From: Rickettsiales bacterium | GTDB lineage: Bacteria; Pseudomonadota; Alphaproteobacteria; Rs-D84 | DNA: 64,000 nt | Assembly: GCA_031256175.1 (NCBI GenBank) | Contig: JAIRRC010000012.1 | Location: 914 to 64,913, forward strand | Reading direction: 5' to 3' | In this document: positions 54,662-63,190 of the stretch, in pieces | How the letters are laid out: every line of letters starts with the position of its first letter | Position numbering within the stretch: the first letter of the stretch is position 1 | Made by a program: the position numbers and the translations under genes | Notes under the pieces: model-generated | Told to the model about the DNA's origin: nothing | The model's database searches: none | The model's input: the letters and a program-made list of their open reading frames with translations, nothing else

Positions 54662-55228
54662 TTATTTTCCCTTCTTTATTTTTTGGACGGCTTTGAGAGT
54701 ATATCGGGCCGCGGACAGGACCGAAAGCGCGGCCGCCAGCGCCAGCAGCCCGAGCGCGGCGTAAAGAGCCGCCGAATGCGCGCCGATGGAAATATCGTTC
54801 ATATATATATAGAAGAATCCGAAGAATGCGAAAAGCGCGACAAGCTGCGCGGCGGTCTTTATCTTGCCAAGGTTGTCGACCGGCAATTCCATCTTTTGCG
54901 AGCCCATGAATTCTCGAAGCCCGCTTATATAAAGGTCGCGGATAATCATTGTTATGACAAGGCTGATGACCAGCGGCGTCTGCACCGCCAGCATCGCGAT
55001 GACCATTCCGATTGTCATAAGGAACTTGTCGCCCATATGGTCCAGCACGCCGCCGAGTTTGGACGTCGCTTTGAACTTCCGCGCGAGCCAGCCGTCGAAG
55101 AAATCGCTGGCGGCGGCAAGCGAAAACAATATAAGCGCCGCGCCCCAAAGCTGTTCGAACATGAGAGGCACCAGCGCGAATGCGGCGCCGATTCTGAAAA
55201 TCGATAGTCCGTTTATGAATGCTTTCAT
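54662..55228 (-). CDS. pgsA: CDP-diacylglycerol--glycerol-3-phosphate 3-phosphatidyltransferase
   Basis: CDP-alcohol phosphatidyltransferase motif DFFDGWLARKFKATSKLGGVLDHMGDK. Trimmed to MKAFING with RBS gaggaaatca. Confidence 0.8.
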   Translation of the reverse strand: MKAFINGLSIFRIGAAFALVPLMFEQLWGAALILFSLAAASDFFDGWLARKFKATSKLGGVLDHMGDKFLMTIGMVIAMLAVQTPLVISLVITMIIRDLYISGLREFMGSQKMELPVDNLGKIKTAAQLVALFAFFGFFYIYMNDISIGAHSAALYAALGLLALAAALSVLSAARYTLKAVQKIKKGK

Positions 55229-55245
55229 GTGATTTCCTCTTTTTC

Positions 55246-56718
55246 CTAGTTTATCATATCGGGATGGAAAAACAAAAATATTTTGTTCGCCATGTCCTTT
55301 GATATTCCGGGAACTTTCGCAAGAGCGCCGGCGGGCGCGTCCTTTATAATGGACAGCGCGCCGAAATGCGCGAGAAGCGCGCGGCGCCGCGCGGCGCCGA
55401 CGCCTTCGATTTCGGACAGGACGCTGGAAGTCGCCGACCGCGCCCTTTGCCGGCGATGGAAAGTTATGGCGAACCGGTGCGCTTCGTCGCGGACCGCGCG
55501 CAGCATTAAAAACAGCGGCGTGCCTTTTTCGATTTTTTCTTCCGCGCCCGATGGCATTATGAAATGCTCGTCGCCGCTGCGGACCTCGCCTTTCACTACG
55601 CCCAAAACCGGAATGTCTAAACCGAGCCGCGATAGAACTTTCTTGGCGGCGTTCCATTGCGCGCGGCCGCCGTCGACGATTGTTAATGACGGCGCCGAAT
55701 GGTCGGCTTGAACGCGCGAATATCTTCGGGTCAGGAATTCCTCCATCATGCCGGTGTCGTTTCCGGATACGGACTTGTCTTCCAGTTTATAATGGCGGTA
55801 TTCGCCCTTGGCGAAGCCTTCCTTGGTGAAGACTATCATGGCGCCGACCGGATTTTTCCCGAACAGGTGCGAATTGTCGAACACGTCCGCGCGCTTCAAA
55901 TCTATGCCCAGCCATTTTTCCAAAGCGGCCGCCGGTTCTTCCCATTTTTTCAATTTATACGCGAAGAATTTCGCCTCGGCCGGTTCCGCCCTTTCCGAAA
56001 TCTTCCCCATCTGCGCGGTGGTCTGCAATGATTTCAGCCTGTCGCGAAGGGTCGCCGCGGCCTCATAATCCTGCGTTTCGCTTGCGGCGTTCATCCGCTC
56101 GCGTATGGTTTCCGCGACATTCGCCGAATCGCCCGAAAGCGTGCGCCGCGCCAATTTCACGTCCAGTGCGTAATTTTCTTTCGAAATTTTGCCGCAGCAC
56201 GGCGCGCTGCACCTTTTGATTTGGTGCAATATGCAGGGCCGCGCGCGGTTCTTCATCTGCGCGTCCGAACACGTCCTAAGCCCCGTCGTCTGCTGCAATG
56301 TCTTAATCGCGTCGTGAAGCGCCGCGACGGACGGATAAGGTCCGAACACGTCGCGCCCGCCGGTTATTTTCGCGCGGAACTTCAACAGCCGCGGAAACTC
56401 GGATTTGGTGAGGGTCAGCATAGGATACATCTTGTCGTCCGCCATCAGGATATTGTATTTCGGCTTTTCGCCTTTTATCAAATCCTGTTCCAGCAGAAGC
56501 GCTTCCGCCTCGGTCGGCGTTATCTTTATATCGACGCGGCGGGTTTCGGAAACCATTCCTATCTTGTGCGGTTCAAGCCGCGCATTGTCCGTGTATTGTT
56601 TAAGGCGCGCGGCCAAATCCTTGGCTTTGCCGACATAAAGCAGGCGCCCCGCGGCGTCGTAGAACATATAGATTCCGGACTGCCTGGGCGCGTCTTTTAT
56701 CAAATCGCCGAATTGCAT
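55246..56718 (-). CDS. uvrC: Excinuclease ABC subunit C (490 aa, shorter than usual)
   Basis: GIY-YIG N-terminal domain (SGIYMFYDAAGRLLYVGKAKDL), a Cys-rich region, an RNase H-like domain, and a C-terminal HhH2. Confidence 0.8.
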   Translation of the reverse strand: MQFGDLIKDAPRQSGIYMFYDAAGRLLYVGKAKDLAARLKQYTDNARLEPHKIGMVSETRRVDIKITPTEAEALLLEQDLIKGEKPKYNILMADDKMYPMLTLTKSEFPRLLKFRAKITGGRDVFGPYPSVAALHDAIKTLQQTTGLRTCSDAQMKNRARPCILHQIKRCSAPCCGKISKENYALDVKLARRTLSGDSANVAETIRERMNAASETQDYEAAATLRDRLKSLQTTAQMGKISERAEPAEAKFFAYKLKKWEEPAAALEKWLGIDLKRADVFDNSHLFGKNPVGAMIVFTKEGFAKGEYRHYKLEDKSVSGNDTGMMEEFLTRRYSRVQADHSAPSLTIVDGGRAQWNAAKKVLSRLGLDIPVLGVVKGEVRSGDEHFIMPSGAEEKIEKGTPLFLMLRAVRDEAHRFAITFHRRQRARSATSSVLSEIEGVGAARRRALLAHFGALSIIKDAPAGALAKVPGISKDMANKIFLFFHPDMIN

Positions 56719-56775
56719 TTCGCCGCCTTTTATGGTATCATTGCATAATGATAAAATTAATCGCGGGGGCTTGCA

Positions 56776-57252
56776 ATGTATAAAAACGAATCGGGAAGGT
56801 CCATGATAGAGATGATGGGCGTGCTTGCCGTCATGACTATAATCACAATCGCGGCCTTCACCATGGTGCCGAACCTTCTCAGGAACCAGAAGAAATTGCA
56901 GGTTCGGGACGAAGTGTCCTTGATGGTCCAGAACGTCCGAATGTTGATGGCCGAATACGAGGATTTCAGCAATATCGAAGGCTCTATCATCTTCGGCGCG
57001 ATAGGCATGAGCAAAAAGAATCCATATGGCGGCGAATACGGCATCGCGGCGGATTCAAGCAATCCGCGCCAGTTCGTCATAACCATAGGCGGGCTTCCGG
57101 AAGACGAATGCAAATACTTCAAAATCATGGGCTGGAAGGACTCGGTAGAATACGAGAGGTCGGGCGGTTCGCGCAGCGGCGCCGTGGCCGAGCCTTCGGA
57201 TTGCGGCGACAAGAATGCGGGCAACAAGATAATGATAACCTTCGGACAATGA
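56776..57252 (+). CDS. Type IV pilin-like protein (prepilin with short leader, G/RSMIE cleavage motif, C-terminal disulfide)
   Basis: MYKNESG | RSMIEMMGVLAVMTIITIAAF: Gly at -1, Glu at +5, then a ~20-aa hydrophobic helix. Two Cys (DECKYF...SDCGD) form a D-region-like loop. Confidence 0.6.
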   Translation: MYKNESGRSMIEMMGVLAVMTIITIAAFTMVPNLLRNQKKLQVRDEVSLMVQNVRMLMAEYEDFSNIEGSIIFGAIGMSKKNPYGGEYGIAADSSNPRQFVITIGGLPEDECKYFKIMGWKDSVEYERSGGSRSGAVAEPSDCGDKNAGNKIMITFGQ

Positions 57253-57256
57253 TATT

Positions 57257-57811
57257 ATGAGAAGAATAATCGCAGTTTTTTCCGCGTGCCTTTTGGCAAG
57301 CCCGGCGTTTTCGATGTATTATTTCGGCGATATGTCCGATGATGAAATTTCGGAACTTGCGGCGGAATGCGACGATATTGTTTTCGGCGTGACCCCTGTC
57401 GAAACCATAGAGAAATGCAACGCCTTGGCCGAAGCGCGGTCCGAAGGTTCCGACGACGAAATCGACCTGTCGGGCGCTTACGATGTCGAATTGTCCGAAG
57501 GCATCGAAGCCATTCCCGAAGGCGGCGGCGAATACAGGGAAAGGAACATCGGCGACGAATTGAAGAAGACGAAAAGGACGATAGAGCAGAACACCCGGTT
57601 CGAAGTCCAAAGCGACACCACGAAATACAAGGGCGGCGCGAATCCCTTCGACCGCAAGGCTTATGTCGGGTTGGAGAACGAGAACGTCGCGTTCCAAGTC
57701 TATGGCAAAGTCCACGACGACGATTTGAAAGGCGCGGTCGGAATGGGCGGCGGCGGCAAAAGCAAATCCCAGGTCGGCGCCGGCCTTACATTGCCGATTC
57801 CCGGAACTTAA
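57257..57811 (+). CDS. Secreted acidic protein, unknown function
   Basis: Signal peptide MRRIIAVFSACLLASPAFS, Asp/Glu-rich, with a Gly-rich C-terminus. 184 aa. Confidence 0.4.
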   Translation: MRRIIAVFSACLLASPAFSMYYFGDMSDDEISELAAECDDIVFGVTPVETIEKCNALAEARSEGSDDEIDLSGAYDVELSEGIEAIPEGGGEYRERNIGDELKKTKRTIEQNTRFEVQSDTTKYKGGANPFDRKAYVGLENENVAFQVYGKVHDDDLKGAVGMGGGGKSKSQVGAGLTLPIPGT

Positions 57812-57815
57812 AAAT

Positions 57816-57839
57816 CAACTCCCCCTTTCGGGGGAGTTG
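57816..57839. terminator. Bidirectional terminator hairpin CAACTCCCCC-TTTC-GGGGGAGTTG (family copy)
   Basis: Perfect 10-bp stem flanked by A-run and T-rich sequence, between convergent genes. Confidence 0.7.
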
Positions 57840-57847
57840 GATAATGA

Positions 57848-58804
57848 TTAATACTTCCCGGCGGAATTCATGACGCCGGAATTTTTATCCTTGTAAAGCT
57901 GTTCCATCGTTTCGCGCGCCGCGCCAAGATAGCCGCGCGGGTCGAAAGCGTCGGGTTTCTCGGCCAAAAACTTCCTGACGCCGGCCGTGAACGCAAGACG
58001 CGAATCGCTGTCGACGTTTATTTTGCATACGTTCATTTCTACGGCGCGGCGCAGCTGGTCTTCCGGGATTCCCATCGCGCCGGAAAGTTTTCCGCCGAAC
58101 TTGTTTATTTCCGCGACCAAATCCTGCGGCACGCTCGACGCGCCGTGCAGCACCAGCGGAAAGCCCGGAAGCTTCTTCGCGATTTCTTCCAATATGTCGA
58201 AGCGCAGGGTGTCCGACGCCGACTTCATCTTGAACGCGCCGTGCGATGTGCCGATTGAAATCGCGAGTGAATCGACGCCGGTCGCGCCGACGAATTTCAC
58301 GACATCTTCCGGGTTTGTGTAAGCCGAATGCGCGACATTCACGTCGTCTTCGATTCCGGCCAATGCGCCCAGCTCGCCCTCGACCGACACGTCGAATTGC
58401 TTGGCGTATTCGACCACGCGGCGGGTGAGGGCGATGTTTTCTTCGAACGGCAGATGGGAACCGTCAATCATAACGCTTGAAAATCCGCCGTCGATGCAGT
58501 CCTTGCAAATCTCGAAGCTTTCGCCATGGTCCAGGTGAAGCGCGATTGGCGCGCGCATGCCCAGCTCGGCCGCGTATTTCGTCGCGCCGCCCGCCATCGC
58601 GGCAAGAAGCGTCGCGCCGACATAGTTCCGCGCGCCCTTGCTTACTTGCAAAATCACGGGCGACTGGGACCCGGCGCACGCTTTTATTATCGCTTGCAGC
58701 TGTTCAAGATTGTTGAAATTGTATCCGGGCGCGGCGTATTTTCCGGCTTCGGCTTTCTTTAACATTTCCTTGGTGTTGGACAATCCAAGTTCTTTGAATT
58801 TCAT
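57848..58804 (-). CDS. fba: Fructose-bisphosphate aldolase, class II
   Basis: Zn/catalytic motifs LHLDHG, DGSHLPFEENI and SIGTSHGAFK. Start at MKFKELG with RBS aaaggagtc. Confidence 0.9.
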   Translation of the reverse strand: MKFKELGLSNTKEMLKKAEAGKYAAPGYNFNNLEQLQAIIKACAGSQSPVILQVSKGARNYVGATLLAAMAGGATKYAAELGMRAPIALHLDHGESFEICKDCIDGGFSSVMIDGSHLPFEENIALTRRVVEYAKQFDVSVEGELGALAGIEDDVNVAHSAYTNPEDVVKFVGATGVDSLAISIGTSHGAFKMKSASDTLRFDILEEIAKKLPGFPLVLHGASSVPQDLVAEINKFGGKLSGAMGIPEDQLRRAVEMNVCKINVDSDSRLAFTAGVRKFLAEKPDAFDPRGYLGAARETMEQLYKDKNSGVMNSAGKY

Positions 58805-58842
58805 CGTTTGACTCCTTTTGCGCAATAGTCTAGCATAGGATT

Positions 58843-59418
58843 ATGTTCGATGCAAAATGGTTTTTTGACTTGGAAAAGCGGCTGATAGAGGCGGGCTTGG
58901 ATTCCGATTTGGACAGCTTCGCAGTCATCAAAAAGCGCCTGGGCGCGGCCGGGAAATTTTCGCCGGACGAATTCGCGCGCCAGGCCGCGTATGTCGTCTT
59001 GGCTGGCGGATTTTCGCAGAAAACCGCCAAGAAAATCCATGTCCTTATTATGGAAGCGCTGCGCAAAGGCGCGCCGCTTTCGGACTTGTTCGGGAACGCG
59101 AACAAGACGAAGGCGATTCAGAAAATCTGGGACAATCGCGAAAAATATCGGGATGAATATTATAAGCGGGAAGGCTTGGAGAATAAATTGGTTTATCTGG
59201 CGACCCTTCCGCACATCGGAAAAATCACGGCGAACCATCTTGCGCGCAACCTTGGCGAAGACATAGTGAAATACGATGTTTGGATTGTGCGGCTGGGTGA
59301 AAAATTTCCTGGCGGCGCCGACGCCATGTTCGCGCATCTTGTCCGCGAAACCGGGTTGCCGCGCGGTTATATCGACGTGGTCTTGTGGAAATCGATGCAG
59401 CAGGGGTTTATAAAATGA
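58843..59418 (+). CDS. Hypothetical HhH-motif protein, possibly DNA repair related
   Basis: LPHIGKITANHLARNLG looks like a helix-hairpin-helix. Translationally coupled (ATGA) to ung. Confidence 0.35.
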   Translation: MFDAKWFFDLEKRLIEAGLDSDLDSFAVIKKRLGAAGKFSPDEFARQAAYVVLAGGFSQKTAKKIHVLIMEALRKGAPLSDLFGNANKTKAIQKIWDNREKYRDEYYKREGLENKLVYLATLPHIGKITANHLARNLGEDIVKYDVWIVRLGEKFPGGADAMFAHLVRETGLPRGYIDVVLWKSMQQGFIK

Positions 59419-60080
59419 TAGACGTTAAAATAAACGAATCGTGGAAAAACGCGCTGGCGGCGGAATTCGAAAAGGATTATTTCGTCCAGCTTACGGACTT
59501 CGTGCGCGGCGAATACAAATCGGGCAGGCGGATTTTCCCGAAAGCGTCCGATATTTTCAACGCCTTCGACCTTTGTCCGCTGGATAAGGTTAAAGTCGTT
59601 GTCATCGGACAGGACCCGTATCACGAGCCGGGCCAGGCCCACGGCCTCTGCTTTTCGGTGAAGGACGGCGTGGCGTTCCCGCCAAGCTTGCAGAATATTT
59701 ATAAGGAAATTCGCGCCGACCTTGGCCGCGAATCGAAGACGAAAGGCGACTTGACGGACTGGGCGAAGCAGGGCGTTTTATTGTTGAACTCTACCCTTAG
59801 CGTCCAGGCGCATATGGCCGCAAGCCACGCCGGAAAGGGCTGGGAAGCCTTCACCGACGCGGTTATCCGCGCATTAAGCCATCGCGAAGGAATCGTATAT
59901 TTGTTATGGGGAAGCTATGCGCAGAGGAAGGCGGAATTTGTCGACCCCGGCCGAAATTTGGTTTTGAAGTCGGTTCATCCTTCGCCGCTAAGCGCGGCGC
60001 GCGGCTTCTTCGGCAACAACCATTTTTCCCGCGCGAACGAATACTTGTCCGCCCGCGGCGCGGAACCAATCGACTGGTGA
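59415..60080 (+). CDS. ung: Uracil-DNA glycosylase, family 1
   Basis: Motifs GQDPYH and HPSPLS plus the leucine-loop region. Confidence 0.9.
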   Translation: MIDVKINESWKNALAAEFEKDYFVQLTDFVRGEYKSGRRIFPKASDIFNAFDLCPLDKVKVVVIGQDPYHEPGQAHGLCFSVKDGVAFPPSLQNIYKEIRADLGRESKTKGDLTDWAKQGVLLLNSTLSVQAHMAASHAGKGWEAFTDAVIRALSHREGIVYLLWGSYAQRKAEFVDPGRNLVLKSVHPSPLSAARGFFGNNHFSRANEYLSARGAEPIDW

Positions 60081-60084
60081 AAAC

Positions 60085-60957
60085 ATGAACAAAGACGATA
60101 TAATAAGATACTTGTCGGAAAAATATCCCGCGTCCGACATTCGGTTTTTCGGCGAGGGATGGACTTCCGCGGCCTTCGCCGTGGACGGAAATATTTTGCG
60201 CTTTCCCAAAACCGAAGAATATATGAAGAACTATCATAAGGAAAAAGGCGTATTGTCCCTGATAAGGCCCTTCACCGATACCCCGATTCCCGATGTCGAG
60301 ATTATAGCGGACGAAAAATATCCGCACGCGAAGCATAAATTGCTTCCGGGCGCGCATTGGGATTTGAACGAATTCGAAGCCATGCCGCCCGATATGCAGG
60401 ACGCTTTGGCGCGGGATGCGGCGGCTTTCCTGTGGCAGGTTCACAATACGGATTTGAACGCCGCGCGGCTCGTTTTGAAAATGACGAAAACAATCGAAAC
60501 CCCTTTGGAACCGGTGCGAAAGAGCGATATATGGTCTTTGATTCGGGGTTATGTTCCGGCTGGGGCGTTCGATAATATTTGGGATAAATACATGGAAATC
60601 CGCGATGTCGACATAGGCGGCGACCCCGTCGTCATACACGCCGATTTCAAAGGCACGAACACGGTTATAGATTCGACCGCGCGCTTGGCCGGGGTGTTCG
60701 ATTTCGTGAACGCGAAAATCGCCGCGCGCGAATACGAGTTCAAATATTTCTATAATCCCGCGGCGCCGACGTTCCTTCGGAAGTTTTCCGAGGAATACGG
60801 CAAGCTTTCGGGATTCGTGGTTGATGTGGGGAAATTGAAGATATTGTGCATGCGCCACAATATAGACGGCATGCGGCGGCTTGGCGATTCGTCCCTTGAT
60901 TCAATCCGCGACGGCGCGCTGAAACAGCGCGCGGAGCGGATGATGTTCTTCGCCTAG
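60085..60957 (+). CDS. Aminoglycoside/small-molecule phosphotransferase (APH / eukaryotic-like kinase fold) family protein
   Basis: Brenner motif VIHADFKGTN and DFxxA motif VFDFVNA. 290 aa, 4 nt after ung. Confidence 0.6.
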   Translation: MNKDDIIRYLSEKYPASDIRFFGEGWTSAAFAVDGNILRFPKTEEYMKNYHKEKGVLSLIRPFTDTPIPDVEIIADEKYPHAKHKLLPGAHWDLNEFEAMPPDMQDALARDAAAFLWQVHNTDLNAARLVLKMTKTIETPLEPVRKSDIWSLIRGYVPAGAFDNIWDKYMEIRDVDIGGDPVVIHADFKGTNTVIDSTARLAGVFDFVNAKIAAREYEFKYFYNPAAPTFLRKFSEEYGKLSGFVVDVGKLKILCMRHNIDGMRRLGDSSLDSIRDGALKQRAERMMFFA

Positions 60958-63005
60958 TGCCTCTCGGTCGTGCGTCCCGGCTTGCCGCCGAACGCGGCGG
61001 TTATAAGGACGTTCATTCCGAATTTTCCCTGTATGTCGCCTACTATCCTGTCCAAAACCGCCTTTGGAATATCGGTCGAATTGAACGATGTGAAGTCGCG
61101 CGTGTCCACCGAATTGATTTCGACTTTCGCAAGCTTGCCGTCCTTGAACCGAAGCGGCGTATCGCTTTGCGTCAGCGCGTATGACACGCGCGTGATTTCC
61201 TTGATGTTCATCAGGTCGTTCGCAATCTTTTCGCGTTCCTCATACGAAATATCCATCGGAGAGCCGTCTTGTTCGAACAATCGGACTTCCGCCTGGTAGC
61301 CGTCCACGCGGCTATCGCCTTTCTGTCCGGTCGTCGTGATAGTGTTGCATAATACGCACAGGCTTGCCGCCAAGGCCCCCCATTTCTTGAAATTAACGAG
61401 GTGTCTGTTGCGGAATATATCATTCACCTTTCTGTAAAGGCTGATGGATTTTTCTGATTTTTCTCCGTCTATATATACTCCGTATCCATTGCCTTTCTCG
61501 AAAAATGGTTTTTCCGCGTTGTCTTCGGCGGTGTTCAGGGTCGCCGCGAAGTATTGGCGCGTCTTGTATCCTTTTTCAAGCGGCTTTATCTCGCCGTTTG
61601 TCATAGCCTCTTCCAAGCGATGGCGCACAATCGCGTCGCAGATTCCTGTGAATTCCAGGGAATCCATGTCGATGGTTCCGTCTATGCGGACGCCGAGGCC
61701 GGGTCCGGGGAAGGGAGGCTGCTTGTAAAGCTCCATGTTCAGGCCGAGATGTTGCCCAAGCTCGATGATGTTGTTCTTATACAGCCAATGCAAAGGCTCT
61801 ACTATTTTGATTTCCGATTGTTCCAGACGCTCTTTCAGATAAGGCACTTCGTTGTGGTGCGTTTTTATGTGTCCCGATTTGCCTTTGCCCTTACCGGATT
61901 CCTGCTTGTCGGCCTGGTTGGTTCCTTGGAAGAACCATTGGATGTCGCCGCGTTCGTCGGCCCAGTCCGCGAATATGTCGGCGAAAAGGTTTCCGATTAT
62001 TTGGCGTCGCCCTTTGTTGGTTGCAGGATTGTCGAATCCGTCGGCCTCGGCCAGCGCGCCGATGAAGCGTTCCCGCGCGTCGATTTCATGGACCTCGCCG
62101 AATTGGTCGCGCAGAAGTTTCAGCAGTCTGTTGGTTTCGCGTCCGAATTCCTGTCCTTCGCTTGAAGGATAATCGCGGCGCAGCAGGCCGGTGTTCACGA
62201 ATACCAGCTCCACATTCTCGCGGCCGTAATGCTTGATGACTGCGGCGGCGGTGGCGGTGGAATCGACGCCGCCCGACAGCGCGACCATAAGTTTTTTGCC
62301 GGGTTCCAGCGGATAATTTTTTTCCAAGTCTTGGACGATGTATTCTTCCATCACAGCGGCCGTGAATTCTTCGCGTGCTTCGAAACCCGTCCATTCGCGG
62401 AAAGCCTTGAAGAAGGCGCTTCGCACGGGTTCCTTCGATATTTCGAAATGCGGCTGAACGGCGATGATGTCGCGCCAGTCGTCATAGGCCGCGGCGAATT
62501 TATTGTTGGGCGTGGCTGCCAGCGGCTCGGCGCAGGGCCAGAGTTCGACGACTTCGTCGCCATGGTTCGTGACCACGTCGAATGCCTTGTCCCCGGCCGA
62601 TTCCTGGAAAGTTCTGATGAACGGCGGAAGCTGCGCGAATTGCTCTGTTTGGAATTCCATTTTTTCTACGCCGTTCTCGCGGTTGCTTGCGGGCTGAACC
62701 TTGCCGCCCAGCTGATATGCCGCGTCCTGATATGCGTAGCAGATTAGAAGCTTTTTGACGCCAAGCTCGTAAATTCGCGGGTCAAGGTGTGTTGCGTCTT
62801 CGTCGTAGACGCTGCGCGGGCTGCCGGAAACGATGACGCCTTTAAGGCTTCCGTTGTCCCAGTCGGCCTGGATTTTTTCGAAAAGCGCGGGGTCCGATTG
62901 CTCTATTTCGACGATGGATTTGTGCGGAAAGTCTTGGGACAGCAATGAATGCCGGATGTTGGGGGCGGATTGGCTTCCGTCGACGACGAGATATATTTTT
63001 TCCAT
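60954..63005 (-). CDS. guaA: GMP synthase (glutamine-hydrolysing)-like, long form (683 aa)
   Basis: GATase-like N-domain with a conserved Cys (LLICYAYQ), PP-loop ALSGGVDSTATAA, and the GMP-synthase C-terminal signature HHNEVPYL...KQPPFPGPGLGVRI, plus ~150 extra C-terminal residues. Confidence 0.65.
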   Translation of the reverse strand: MEKIYLVVDGSQSAPNIRHSLLSQDFPHKSIVEIEQSDPALFEKIQADWDNGSLKGVIVSGSPRSVYDEDATHLDPRIYELGVKKLLICYAYQDAAYQLGGKVQPASNRENGVEKMEFQTEQFAQLPPFIRTFQESAGDKAFDVVTNHGDEVVELWPCAEPLAATPNNKFAAAYDDWRDIIAVQPHFEISKEPVRSAFFKAFREWTGFEAREEFTAAVMEEYIVQDLEKNYPLEPGKKLMVALSGGVDSTATAAAVIKHYGRENVELVFVNTGLLRRDYPSSEGQEFGRETNRLLKLLRDQFGEVHEIDARERFIGALAEADGFDNPATNKGRRQIIGNLFADIFADWADERGDIQWFFQGTNQADKQESGKGKGKSGHIKTHHNEVPYLKERLEQSEIKIVEPLHWLYKNNIIELGQHLGLNMELYKQPPFPGPGLGVRIDGTIDMDSLEFTGICDAIVRHRLEEAMTNGEIKPLEKGYKTRQYFAATLNTAEDNAEKPFFEKGNGYGVYIDGEKSEKSISLYRKVNDIFRNRHLVNFKKWGALAASLCVLCNTITTTGQKGDSRVDGYQAEVRLFEQDGSPMDISYEEREKIANDLMNIKEITRVSYALTQSDTPLRFKDGKLAKVEINSVDTRDFTSFNSTDIPKAVLDRIVGDIQGKFGMNVLITAAFGGKPGRTTERH

Positions 63006-63190
63006 TTTGTTCTATCCTTTCGGTTTATTCTCTCTCCCGAAAGCCGGCTCGCCACCCGAAGCCCATTGGGCGAAGGGTGGTGCCCCCAGCAAGAATCGGA
63101 CTTGCGTCTCGTCCTTACCAAGGACGTGTTCTACCATTATACTATGGGGGCGAACCCGTGGATTATAACAGCCGAAACAATAAAGTCAAT

